64,000 nt of DNA from Paraspadella gotoi (lineage: Eukaryota; Animalia; Chaetognatha): the NCBI GenBank assembly GCA_051294375.1, contig CM119270.1, positions 17,606,893-17,670,892 of the forward strand. Direction: 5' to 3'. Under the pieces are notes generated by a model, which made no database searches, was not told where the DNA came from, and worked only from the letters and a program-made list of their open reading frames with translations. Shown piece after piece: positions 1 through 12,053 of the stretch. Positions within the stretch are counted from its first letter, which is position 1, and every line of letters begins with the position of its first letter. The translations under genes were made by a program, and so were the position numbers.

Positions 1-340
1 TGAATTGAAGGCAACGACGACGATGCATGACGAAGACAACGACGACGATGATGACAAAGGCAACGACGATGATGATGACCAAAGGCAACGGATGAAGCCA
101 AAGTCTCTGCGCCCAAAACGACGACGAAAACGATGACAGGAACATTTAACGAAAACTAATATGAGTGAGAACCAGCGGCGACGACGACGACGAAAACGAA
201 GAAGAAGGGATGGAGGAAAGTTGGAATACTAAAGGAGACACACAAGTCAAGATGCTCATGACTGTGAGGAAGACGACGACGACGACGACGACGCCGTCAG
301 ATTGAAGACGAAAGTTTTACATAGAAAAATGCAGACGTGA
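1..340 (+). CDS. Probable 3' end of an Asp/Glu-rich coding exon, frameshifted (likely sequence errors)
   Basis: GAC/GAT/GAA codon runs give DEDNDDDDDKGNDDDDD and GDDDDENEEEG in shifting frames. The last segment (251-340) reads DAHDCEEDDDDDDDAVRLKTKVLHRKMQT* with TGA at 338-340 and AATAAA at 343-348. It could instead be a trinucleotide-repeat region. Confidence 0.35.
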
Positions 341-408
341 AAAATAAAAAAAGCGAAAGTAAAGAGGAAATATCGGAGAGGAAAATGGAGAAACTGACAC
401 GGAATACC

Positions 409-471
409 GTGACAAAATAAGTGACAAAAGAGAACGTGACAAAAGTTGACAAAGAGAAAACGTGACAAAAA
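409..471 (+). repeat. Cluster of five (G/T)TGACAAA motifs
   Basis: Motifs start at 409, 421, 436, 446 and 462. Confidence 0.7.
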
Positions 472-910
472 GTGAAAATTAAATGACTGAGAGTTGAGAG
501 ATCGCGGCAAATATATAACTTAAGTCATTAAATTTTAAACCGGAACCAAAAAAGTTGAGAAAATATATTCTCGATGTGTAAATTGGAAGAGAAATTATGT
601 TAAAATATTTTAAATTATTATCATAGTACATTGTACATAGATACATAGTAAAAAAATTAATGAGAAAAAAAAGATGGGAAAGTTAACACTATAAAGAGAG
701 AGAGAGAGAGAACCTCGGAGAGAGAATAGGAAAAAATAGAAAATAAAGGGATCTTTGAAAAAAGGGATGAAAAAAAAATGGAATGAAAAAAAAAAGGAGA
801 TGAAAATGGAATGAAAAAAGGGATGAAAATGGAACAATGCGAAAGAAAGGAAGGTCGGATGATAAGGATAAAAATCTCTTTTTCAGAGATAAACTCTTTC
901 TTCAACCGAT

Positions 911-950
911 GGAGGCGGCGGCGGCGGCGGCGGCGCGGCGGGCGGAGGCG
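911..950 (+). repeat. (GGC)n trinucleotide repeat
   Basis: ggaggcggcggcggcggcggcggcgcggcgggcggaggcg in an otherwise AT-rich context. Confidence 0.85.
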
Positions 951-1700
951 TTCCTGCATTTCCGGTTTATCCGAGATGAACGTAATTCGCGCGAATCTCC
1001 TTCGTAAAGGCGCCAAGATGAAATGTTTTGGCGACCGATTTTCGCAGGGACTAAAGTTAAATTATCGCCGATGAAATCTGGTCTGTTATTTTTGTTGAGG
1101 GAAAAAAAAATTAGGAATTAATCAAATTTTCACCATATTCAAGATTTATTAAAATTTATTAGTGGGAACGGAATTCTGACAAACATCATGCTAAAGTCTA
1201 AAGCCAATGTCAAATCAATTGTCCGACCTTTTGATCACATCGCAAATGTTTTTTAAGTCCAGAAAAAACAAAAGTACGGATATATTTAATTAAATATTTT
1301 CAAATACTAATACCAATCAGATCGATTTATAATAACAAAAATGTTATACACGCTCGATGAAAATAAAATAATTTTGCGCATAACATTCATTAATAAAAGA
1401 TATATTCATTTTTAAAAAACATTTTGATCGACATGTTTTTGGTTAAATTTTCCTGTCTGACTGTTTCCGATCATTCTCCAATGCCGTCAGTACTCTTAAC
1501 GTCGGGGGATGCGCCTCACATTCCGGATTGCGCTCACGTCACGAACGAGTTCGCCCGAATGCCTTCGTCCAAAAAGTCACCCGGGAAAAGGAAAGACGAC
1601 GTAGAACTCAGCAGCAGCGGCCGCCGCTGCGACGGGGCGCGGCGAATGCTGCCGGTGACAACGAAGACTAGTTTACACGTGATGGAGGAATCGGAAAGAA

Positions 1701-1736
<36 letters not shown>

Positions 1737-1743
1737 CTGAGAG

Positions 1744-1777
<34 letters not shown>

Positions 1778-1836
1778 TGATGATGAGGATGAGAGTAGTT
1801 TCCTATTTGAGAATTCGGTTCCGAAAATTATTTTCA

Positions 1837-1861
1837 NNNNNNNNNNNNNNNNNNNNNNNNN
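1837..1861. other. Assembly gap, 25 N
   Basis: N run. Gaps of the same 25-N length occur at 20386-20410, 33084-33108, 44624-44648, 50179-50203 and 63133-63157. Other gaps: 5485-5505, 6795-6804, 21207-21369. Confidence 0.98.
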
Positions 1862-2200
1862 GAAAATATTCAACGAATTATGATTTGATTGGCTTTTTAT
1901 CTGAAATTCTCTGATGTTTTGACGCAATTAAACGTCACTTTTTCAAAAGGTCATCTTAACTTGGTTTTTTTTTTTTAGTTGTAATCTTGTCACGCGTGAG
2001 TTTTTGTTTGTTTGTTTTCTTTTATTGATAATAATGTCTTTGTTAAACGCGAAAAACATTCAGTTAAAATGTTCGAGAGAAACAGAGAGAGAGGAGGGAA
2101 AGAGAAGAGAGAGAGGAGAGAGGAGAGACGGAGAGATGAGAGAGAGAGAGAGACGAGAGAGAGAGAGAGAAGAGAATCAGTCCACCATGAACCACCTCAC

Positions 2201-2294
2201 ATTCCTTCCCTTGCTCGCCCCCCCTCTTCCTCCCCCCCTGGGGAGGACCGGGGACTTCGAAGGCGGAAGATGAACGTCGAATCGGATTCGACAG
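2201..2294 (-). CDS. Candidate internal exon (94 nt), unknown protein
   Basis: On the minus strand a long pyrimidine tract leads to catctcag|CTGTCG...GGAAT|gtgagg. One open frame is LSNPIRRSSSAFEVPGPPQGGRKRGGEQGKE. It is a GC-rich island between low-complexity tracts. Confidence 0.4.
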
Positions 2295-2310
2295 CTGAGA
2301 TGTTAAAAGC

Positions 2311-2770
2311 GGAGGAAAGGAGATAGGAGATAAAGGGAGGAAAGGGAGGAAAGGAGAAAGGGAAGAAGGGGAAAGAAAAGAGATAGGAGATACAGGGAGG
2401 AAAAGGAGAGGAAAGAGAAAGGAAAGGATGGAATGGGAAAGGAAAGAGATAGGAGATACAGGGAGGAAAGGAATAGGAACGAGATAAGAGATTAAGGGAG
2501 GAAAGAGAAAGGAAAGATAGAAATGGGAAAGGAAAGAGATTCGAAATATAGGGAGGAAAGGGAGTAAAAAGAAAGAAAAGGGAGGAAAAGGGTAAGGAAA
2601 GAAGACAGAAGATAAAGGAAGGAAAAGAAGGAAATAGAAAGGAAAGGGAGGAAAGGGGAAAGGAAAGAAGATAGGAGATAAATGGAGGAAAGGGGAAGAA
2701 AAGGAAGAATGAGAAGAAAGAGATAAAAAGAGGAACCAAAGAGATAAGAGATAAAGGGAGAAAAGAGAAA
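2311..2770 (+). repeat. Purine-rich degenerate minisatellite
   Basis: Recurrent AGATAGGAGATA(C/A)AGGGAGGAAA-type units (about 2321, 2381, 2447, with variants to 2760) in a ~460-bp tract that is almost all purine. Confidence 0.75.
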
Positions 2771-4383
2771 TATTCGCAAAAGTCACTAACAGAATTAGAT
2801 AAACTACTTTGAAGTAGGATATGGTTTTGCGACGATTGTACGGATGCCTGTATTGTAAGCTGAAATACTACTCGAATTTTTTGTCTGATTTTATTGCGTT
2901 TTTTTATCTAAAAAATATTTATTAATTTAAAAAATAAGCTATCTTGCCCCTGACTTTGGTCAGGCTTTGGTGGTTTAAGGCCTCCATCACTCATACAAGA
3001 TAATGACATAGCAGGTCCCTACAAGCTTTCAATCAAGACTCTCACAGTCTCATTTATTCACTCCCAGTGTACCTGGCTTCCTTATCAAGGAAGTGGTATA
3101 ATATTTCAAAGAACGTTTCAATTGTAGGAAAAGTCTCACCCTTCCTCATCCCACGTTTACCCCTTCAACACCCTTTCCCATCGAGAGAAAGAGAGTAGCG
3201 ATGTTTTCAGCCATTTTGCATAAGACAATCGTCTTTGGAATTCGCTGGAGCCGGGGCTGGTCCCGGGAAAATGAGGCGGACTGACATGGGGGGAGGGTGG
3301 GGGGAGTAGATGGGGTTGAAAGGGAAGGAACGGGGTGGTATGGTGTGAAAGTGAAAAGGAGGGGTGAAGATTGGCAGGCTGAGAACAATATCGAAGCGCG
3401 ACATGATAAGAGGAAGTAAAGAAGAGCGATGATAACATTTTTGGTGATAGATGCCTAATGGAGGATGAAAAATAAGGAGGGGAAAAAGGTTAGAGAATTG
3501 GATTATTAAAGTGAGGAGTAGGAGAGAATACAATTGGGGGGGGGAAATGTAAAAGGGGTGAAGAGGTTGAAGAGAATGAAGGAAACTGAGGACTGGCGAG
3601 TCTGGAAACAGCGTTATCGGAAAAACAAGACAATGGGGAAGAAGTTCAATGTACAAAGTGGAATGAGGGCGATGGACGAAGGCAAAAGGAAATATGGAGG
3701 GAAAAAGACAAAAGAAAAGTTGAAGAGAATGTTTGGGAAGAAGAAGAAGAAATTAAAAGGGACAAGGAGAAAGAAGGAAAAAAGAGAGAAAGAAAGAAAG
3801 AGATAAAAGAGAGAAAGAGAGAAAAAGAGAAAAAAAAGAAAGAAAGAAACCAAGAGAGAAACAAGAAAACAAGAAAGAAAGAGAGAAAATAAAGAAAGAA
3901 AGAAAAAAAGGAAAAAAAGAAAGAAAAAAAGAAAGAAAAGATAGAAAGAATGAGATTCTTCTCACGAAAGGGAAACAAAAACTCCTTTATGCTTCACGCC
4001 GGCGACAAAGACGCCAGAGAGAACTCGGGCGGAACCCGAATCCTTTCACACTTCGTCGGCACAGTGAACTGCGGGTCAGGCGTTGCTAAGTTTTCCAAGG
4101 AAGAAAACCAAGATGCATATGGCGAGATGTAACAAAAAGACTCTCTTTCTCTCTCTCTCTCTCTCTCTTTGTTCAAATGAAGAAAGCCTCCCGCGAGATA
4201 AGCCTTAAGTGTCCATTTCTCAAATTCAATTAAAACCTCTTTTCTTCTCTCGACCTTTTCCTCTTTTTCCCCTTTTTTTTTCACTTTTTTTCCTTTTTTT
4301 CCTTTTCTTTTTCTTTTTCTCATTTTTTTCTTCCTTTCTTTCCCCTTTTTTTTAAGGATACGACCGGCAATTTCTAATTAAAA

Positions 4384-4457
4384 AATGGCAAATGTCACTA
4401 TCCAATGACGCAAAGAATGGCAAATACCTTTCACCTACCTCGAAATGAATGGCAAAT
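4384..4457 (+). repeat. Three AATGGCAAAT motifs at an exact 32-bp period
   Basis: Motifs start at 4384, 4416 and 4448. The 22-bp spacers are largely dissimilar. Confidence 0.8.
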
Positions 4458-4712
4458 ACTATTGATCTCAGGAATGGAATGCCCCAAGAACGCCGGTCAG
4501 CTGAGTCCGATACGAAGGCCCTTTAATCCGATAATTATCCGTATCCGTTTGTCTGTATGTCTGACTTGATCTCTGTTTATCCGCCAAGAATCGTTCTTAG
4601 CCTTTCCCCTCTTCTCCTCTTCTTAATCTAAAATCTAAATGTACCCACAATCCCGTTTCTTATCTATTCAAAATCTTTACGACTCAAACGCTCTCTCTCT
4701 CTCTTCTTCTCT

Positions 4713-4751
<39 letters not shown>

Positions 4752-5040
4752 TCTCTCTCTCTCTCTCTCTTCTCTCTTCTCCTTCCTTTCATTATCACAA
4801 ATCATAATCGACCTTTCGTCGATTCTCCCCGGTTGACCGTTCTCGACGATATTCGTCGAGTCGTCTGTCGCGTACGTCGTCGGCATCGTCGACTTATTCG
4901 TATACGGTATAGTGAGCACATCAATGAGCGTTTTTGTTTTTATTATCTGTAGTTGTTGTTGTTGTTTTTGTTATATTTTCATATTAATTAAATTTACCAA
5001 GTTTCTCTTTTGTCCATACTTTTTTTTTTTGCGCGCACGC

Positions 5041-5041
5041 T

Positions 5042-5115
<74 letters not shown>
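5041..5115 (+). repeat. (TTTC)n microsatellite
   Basis: Direct tandem TTTC units. Confidence 0.95.
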
Positions 5116-5116
<1 letters not shown>

Positions 5117-5904
5117 CTTATTTATACATATTAATAAATAGAGATCAAGGACAGCCATTTTGTTTTTTTACGTTTTTTTTTTCATCCCAGCTTTCTTGTA
5201 TCATTACTCAGTTTTGTTCTCCTTTCCTCTCATTTCTTTTTTTCCTTTTTCCTTTTTTTTCTTTTCCTTCTCTCCTTCCCACTTCCCCTCTCCCCCCTCT
5301 TTTGCGACGGTTCCCAGGAACAGAGGTCAAGATCCTCTTTCTCCAGATGGCGTAATATCGTCGTCCGTTTATAACCCTTTTCCTCAGACGCTGTGACGTC
5401 ATTCTCTTCGATTTTATTCACGTTTTCTTTTCCTTTTGTATTTTTGTCCTTTCTTTTTCCCTTATTTTTTTCCTTATTCTTTTCNNNNNNNNNNNNNNNN
5501 NNNNNTTTTTTTTGTTCTTTCAATCTTTCCTTTTACTCTTGTCATCCTTAAATATATTTCATGTTTTATAATTACCCGTAATTACCCATAATTACCCAAT
5601 ACTTATCTTGTATTTTTGGTCATTAATTTCACCCTTTTTAGTCAGTTCTTTCGTCCTTATTTTTTCCTCTGTTTGCGTCTTTCCTTTATCCTTTTCCCCC
5701 TGTTTTTCTTTCCTTCCTTCCTCATTTTTTCCCTCGTTTTATCCTTTAATTTCTCTGTATCATAATAATAACCACAGTACAAATATCCTTCTTCTTCCTT
5801 CTCATTTCCTCTTCCTTTTCCCTTTTCTTAAAATTTTCCCCTTTCAGTTTCTCTTTCCACTTTCTACTTTTTTTCTTTTCTCCAATATTTTTTTTTGCCT
5901 CCAG

Positions 5905-6006
5905 GTGCAAACAAGTGAAGCATTCGCAAACACTCCAAAGCTTCGACGACGTTCCACGACTGACGATGATTTTGACAAGACAGTTGCGACGTCACGAATG
6001 TTATAA
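5905..6006 (+). CDS. Candidate terminal exon, frame uncertain
   Basis: Long pyrimidine tract ending ttttttgcctccag|GTG. One frame reads VQTSEAFANTPKLRRRSTTDDDFDKTVATSRML*, followed by AT-rich UTR-like sequence with AATAAA near 6083. Confidence 0.35.
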   Translation: MQTSEAFANTPKLRRRSTTDDDFDKTVATSRML

Positions 6007-6533
6007 GTCGAGTTTATTTTTATATTTTATAAATTCTTATTTTCTAAGTAAATGGTTTTTGCTCGAGATTCATCTTATTATAAATAAAAAGTTAAAATTA
6101 ATAAGTATTATTAGAAAGTTAAAAAAATAAAAAAATCTAATTTGCATATTGTAGAGTTCAAAATAATTTGATGCATATTTGACCACCAATGACTCTTGAC
6201 GTCATTCTTAAAAAAAATTGATATAATCAAATAAAAACTCTGTAAAAGTGTAAAAAAATTTTATACTACTTCACTTGAACTTATTTTCATCTTTTGTTTT
6301 TACAAAAATTCGGCAAATTTCAGCGTTCCGCACTTTTTCTTAAAATGCAAGATGTATATAATACACAAAATACATGATGCCAGCACGCTATCCAAAATAT
6401 GGCTCTTAGCTTAACAAAGTAGTTTTTATACTTATATATCTCTTGAACTTACTTACTCTTACCTAAAATATTTACTGTCCCCTTAAGCCCAAGAACTAAC
6501 CCCGCTCTCCTTCTCCCCCGCCCTCCTTCCCAG

Positions 6534-6794
6534 GCCTTCGCCCTCGTTCGAGAAAACCCGTCCAAAAACGCTGCGGCGACAACAACAACGTCAGTAGCGG
6601 CAGCCCGACGCAGCGGTCTCACCGTATCACCGACTCCAGAGACGAGAGAACGCCGTCGCTGACGTCACACGGCGCTCCCGGGCTCGGGGCGCCGTCCAAT
6701 CGGGTGGCCCGATTTAGCATCTCGACCAATGAGAGTCTCGAACCAACCGAACGGGCGGGAAGGAATTTCTTCGGACCAATCAAACGAGAGCGCA
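6534..6794 (+). CDS. Candidate coding exon running into a gap
   Basis: Branch point CTAAC (6496-6500), polypyrimidine tract and cag acceptor (6531-6533). One frame stays open to the gap: LRPRSRKPVQKRCGDNNNVSSGSPTQRSHRITDSRDERTPSLTSHGAPGLGAPSNRVARFSISTNESLEPTERAGRNFFGPIKRER. Confidence 0.5.
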
Positions 6795-6914
6795 NNNNNN
6801 NNNNCCCAAAACCCATGACTGATAAAAGAAGAAAAAAAGGAGAGAGAGAATGACTGGGAATTTCTCCGGAGTCGAATCGCTCGTCAAGAATCTCGAATCG
6901 TCGTGACGCCGAAG

Positions 6915-6960
6915 GTCATGTCGAATGTCATGTCGAATGTCATGTCGAATGTCATGTCGA
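6915..6960 (+). repeat. 12-bp tandem repeat (GTCATGTCGAAT) x ~3.8
   Basis: Perfect units at 6915, 6927 and 6939, and a partial unit at 6951. Confidence 0.95.
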
Positions 6961-9159
6961 CTCACGTCACGCGGTTTCGTGTCAAGTGAAGAAAAACACA
7001 CATAAAAAAAAAACAAAAAGGAGAGAGAAGAGTCGACGTCGGTCCATCTCCGTCACTCGCGCGACATCTTTCGGGGGGAAAAAGAGAAAAATAAAATCTC
7101 CGGTTTCTGATTTTTAGTCAAAGTCTGGACGAAATTTTGGGTAAAAGCGAAGTTCGGATTTAACGAACGGAATTTGTTAAATTTGTATGGTTAAAATGGG
7201 CTTAATCGATATCAAGTTTTAGTAGATAAATGAATTATAAATATTGTAGTGGTAGTATTTCATACCCCACTACAATATCGCCCTTTTTGCTACGTATTTG
7301 TCTTGACAAGCTTATCAAAATGGAAATTTATTTAAATATGTATTTTCGTTAATTCCGAAACTTCCCTCTACCCACAAAAAATACCAAGATTAAAAGATAA
7401 GAAGCCAAAAACTGATAGAAAACTAACAAAAAAAACAAAAAAAAAAACCAAAACCACAACAACACAAAATATCAACCTCGGACTTAATTCCCCTCATTAA
7501 TTTTAAGGACGAACGATCACTCTCAATTCGACGGAACAGATTCCATTCCAATCTTCATTAGCGAATGACAAAAGTAAGAAGATATTCCCACGGCAACAAC
7601 AACAACAACACAAACAACAAAGGAAAACTTGAACCAGAAAACTTTTTTCAGTTAAATTTTTCTGTTTTTTTTTTCTCTCTCTTCATCTCTTTGTCTCTTC
7701 TATCTTCAAAAGCTCAAGAAATTGCACGAATTAAACGAATTTTTTACAAAAGAAAACAAACAAACAAACAAAGCAAAAACAAACAAAAACTATCTCGTTA
7801 ATCTTTCTTTCGTGTTAATAAACTATCTTTTTTTTCTGTTTTAAAAAAAAAATTTAATTCATCTTTGACGGATGCACGATTCCCCCCACCCCGCCCCTCG
7901 CCCAAATTCCACATCACTTTTTAACGCTGCGCAAAGTTTATGTAAAAACTACAACAATCAAAGCTAAACAAACAATATCATATTTAACCGCTAAAGCATA
8001 AAAAAAGAAACAAGAAAGAGTGACACCGAAGAGAGCGACGTAGACGAAAACCACAAACAACGACGACGACAACAACCAACAACAGTCGAAAACAAATCCG
8101 ATCCTCTTGCCGAAGGAAGAATTATGTAGCGAAGAAAAAACGATTCTTAAGGGAAGAAGAATAAGCAAAACTCGTCCCCTTAAAAATTAAAAAAAGAAAA
8201 GAAATTGATAAAAGGAAATGGGAATCAAACAACGAAGAACTTCTTGGTAAGCAGAAGAGAGAGAGAGAGATGGAGGAGAGAGCAAAGAGACCGAGAGAGA
8301 GAGAAGAGCAGAGAGAGAGATAGAGAGAGAGAGAGAGAAAACTAGAACTAGAACTAAAACATATGGGCTTTCATTTTTGTAAGTACTAGTCCAATTCTAG
8401 TTTAAATCGATAGCAATTGATTGGAATCATTTTATCGATTGTTTTTTCCGTTGTTTTTTTTCTTCTGTTTTTAGGAAAACCTAAAAGAGAATTTGTTTTC
8501 CTCCTACGAGAAGCTCATAGAATATGCAAGGGATTTAAACGGAAAGCGGGAACAACAAAAACCGACACTCATGTTGCTGGGCGAAATAGAGAAGAGAGAA
8601 GGTGTTGAGAGAACGAGGAGTGGGAAAATAGAGAGGGTTGGGGGGAAAGATGAGGAGAGGAAATAGAGAGGTGAGGAAAGAGGAGAAAAAGAGGGGGAAG
8701 GGGGGAAACGAAAAAGGAAAGGCGGGGTTAAAGAGAAAGGGAAAAAGAGAGGTGAGACAAAAAAAAGAGAAAGAGTCCAGAGAAAAGAATAGGAAATTAG
8801 AGGTCTGGGAAGAGAAGAAAAAAAAGAAATCTGAGAAGAGAGAAAGAGATAGAGAAGAGGAAAAAGTGGCTGGTTATCTCAGCGGTGAAAAAAAAATAAT
8901 CTAAAATTTAGCAACTCCGGATTTTGGCCAAAAAGAACTATACAACTTTACGAAAATGTATAGCAGAAAATAAATACTCGATTAGTTGGTTTGAATATAC
9001 ATTATACAAATGAACCTTGCATTCGACAGTGAAAGACGAGAAGCGATATTTTGAGGTGGGACAAATTTTAAATAAAAATAATTATTATTAAATAATATCA
9101 TTATATAAAGCACATGAAAACCAAACGTAAATTAATCTCTTCTGCAGCTCTTTTTCTAG

Positions 9160-9223
<64 letters not shown>

Positions 9224-9437
9224 TCTCTTCTCTCTCTCTCCTCTCTCTTCTCTCTTCTCTCTCTCTCTCTCTCTCTCCCTCGATCTCGCCGTAAAATATG
9301 TTGAAAGAAAAATTAAAAACTAAGAAAAAATTGGAAGGGAATCAAAAGGAGAAGAAATGAAAATAATAAGAAATAAGAATGGGCGCCGTGCAATTGCGAG
9401 AGAGGAGAGAAGAGAGGGAGACGAGAGAGAGAGAGAG

Positions 9438-9491
<54 letters not shown>

Positions 9492-9997
9492 AGAAGAGAG
9501 AGTGGACAAATCAATAAGATTAGATCAGCAGGTTTCCTACGTTTTCAGATGGAAACGTTTTAAATTTATTAATAAACTATTTTTGAAAAAATTTAATGAC
9601 TTCACTGTGGTTTTAAATAGATCTCATATGAACAAAAAAAGGTGTTTAGTAGTGATTCGAGCTAAAAATTTTAACAAATTATAAAAAAAAAAAAACAACG
9701 TAAAAAGCTAAAAAAATTAACATGTATCTTTTTTTGTTGTAATATTTAAAATCTACGCAAAAAAAATGCAGAAAAAATCTCGTGGTTGTAATAATCTGGA
9801 AAAATATTTCACACATTCTTATTGAATTAGACGAATCACAATCCGAGATTCGACCTCTGAGATTTCTTGATTTCCTTCTTTTTCCTTTGTTCCATGAGGG
9901 TCGAAAAAGAAAATGGATAAGAGAGAGAGAGAGAGAGAGAGAAGAGAGAGAGAGTTTAGAGTGAGAGAGAGAAAGAGAGAGAAGAGAGTGAGGTGAA

Positions 9998-10028
<31 letters not shown>

Positions 10029-10064
10029 GAGAGAGGAGAGAGGAAAGAGAGAGAGGTGGATGGA

Positions 10065-10098
<34 letters not shown>

Positions 10099-10496
10099 GA
10101 GGAGAGAGAGAGAGAGAGAGAGCAGAGAGATTATAGAGAGAGTTAGGAGTGAGAGACGAGAGAGAGCGAGAGAGAGAGAGAGAGAGAAGAGAGAAGAGAG
10201 AGAGAGAGAAAAAAAAGAGAGAACGAGTACCAGCATAAAAAAGAGAGAGCGCAGGTAAGATCAAGCCATTAGTGAAAAAAAAACCCTTTTCCCTTTGTTC
10301 AACCATTTTTTCTTCCTATTTACCCCGTCTGCGCGCGCAAATACGCGCAAAAGCACGAAAGATTGCGCGCGAGTAAAAGTGCGTCGTCGCACGGCAACTT
10401 CCCCGCTTTTCGCCCGCGAGATTGAGACGAAAAAAATTCTTCTGAATAATTCCCCGCCTTATCACGTAGTCATTTTCCTTCAATCTTTAAACGGAA

Positions 10497-10530
<34 letters not shown>

Positions 10531-10573
10531 AGCAAGATGACGAGGAGAGAGAGAGAGAGAGAGACGAGATGAG

Positions 10574-10614
<41 letters not shown>

Positions 10615-11711
10615 AAGCAATAAATAAGCCATAGTAAAAATTGTTGAAATTCTTCCCAAGAGCGCATACACCAATGCTTTCTTTTGGAAAGCCAAGCAAA
10701 CGTTCAGGCTAAATTTTCATTTGAAAACGTGGTCAAATATAACAATAAAAAAAGATATACTTATAAACCCTAACCATTTTAAACAAATAAAAAATAACTC
10801 ATGCATTCGAGGGAAGAAAAAAACTTATAAAATAAATTAATGAAACGGATTTATGCTCCTTCTTCAGGCGATTCGTGAATTCGTGAATCAACTTCACATC
10901 CATCGACTCGCATCTTCGTCACCAATCAATTCGAATCACTTGCGATACGCCCAAACCAATCAATCCAGCTTTCTTTCCATCTCTCCATTTCGTCGTCCTG
11001 GCTTAGAACCTCCACCCGTCTGTACTCCCTACATTCACCTCCTCCTCCTCCTCCCTCCTTCCTCCCCCTCCTCATCCAAATCTCCTCAAAAACCTCGGCC
11101 TCCTCTTTAAACGGTCAAATAATCCCCTTCCGATTCCTCGCCCGGACCACTCTTCCCGGCCAAACAGCAACGTCGTTCGTCGTCACAGGCGCCGACGACA
11201 ACAAGCACAAGCGAGACTTTCTACAAAAACAACAACGTCAACAAGGTCAACAGTGTTAAAAAACTAACCGGCCGAGCGGATAAAGAAACATCAGCATACA
11301 AAGTCTAATTTAAAAAAAAAAACAAACAAAAGGCGAGGAAAAAAAAACCAACGGAAAACAAAAAACATTCGAAAACAAAAACCAATCGATTAGAGAACGA
11401 CTACGACGAAAAAAGAGGACGAACGTCCAAAATACCGACCGAGGAACGATCGACGACGACGACGACGACGACGGACGACGAACGGACTTGTCCCTCTCGG
11501 TTCTCGAGATCCATACGTTTCGAATCTCGTTGTACCAATTCCCTAAATCCAGACCCAGAGTAGGGAAAAAAAAGAAAGGAAAAGGAGGAAAAGAAAGGAA
11601 GAAGAGTTAAAAAAAGGAAATAAGGAAAAGAAAAAGGGAGGAAAAAGGAGATTTGGACAAGCGATTCGTCGGTTTGCGTGTGGTTCTTTTTTTTTCCGAC
11701 GGGCACTTAGT

Positions 11712-11769
<58 letters not shown>

Positions 11770-11774
11770 TCCTC

Positions 11775-11806
<32 letters not shown>
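9160..11806. repeat. Cluster of long imperfect (CT)n/(GA)n microsatellites (also in the other copies)
   Basis: (CT)n ~9160-9280 and ~11713-11806; (GA)n ~9398-9501, ~9920-10220 and ~10497-10612. These produce the ER/SL-repeat ORFs in the track. Confidence 0.95.
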
Positions 11807-11807
<1 letters not shown>

Positions 11808-11912
11808 ACACCATCGGCGCTCCTTCCAGAGTCAACCGTCCGCTTCTTCCCAACACGACTTCCGCTTCTACACACTTTTTTCTTTTTTTTTATTTTTGTA
11901 TTTTTTTTTTTG

Positions 11913-11980
<68 letters not shown>

Positions 11981-11988
11981 GAACTTAC

Positions 11989-12053
11989 CCTGATTTGGGA
12001 CTCACCAACCCCAGCATCTCCCTCTTGAGAGTTTCTGTCCGTTCAGACGACAG
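11989..12053 (-). other. Possible short minus-strand exon
   Basis: Minus strand gatcacag|CTGTCG...ATCAGG|gtaagt with a perfect donor. Present in copies 1-3, but no partner exon was established. Confidence 0.2.

Noticed and set aside
1480-1690. GC-rich island with an open plus frame (MPSVLLTSGDAPH...)
   Set aside because: It may be exonic, but strand and frame cannot be fixed and there is no convincing splice-site pair. The same applies to 3176-3290, 3985-4130, 4810-4915 and 5320-5396.
3375-3455. Minus-strand peptide PLIMSRFDIVL resembling the MCM arginine-finger motif SRFD
   Set aside because: It is an isolated short match with no Walker motifs or clear donor, and it is flanked by low-complexity sequence.
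4384-4457. CRISPR-like repeat-spacer array
   Set aside because: The repeat is only 10 bp in 3 copies, the context is eukaryotic, and there are no cas genes.
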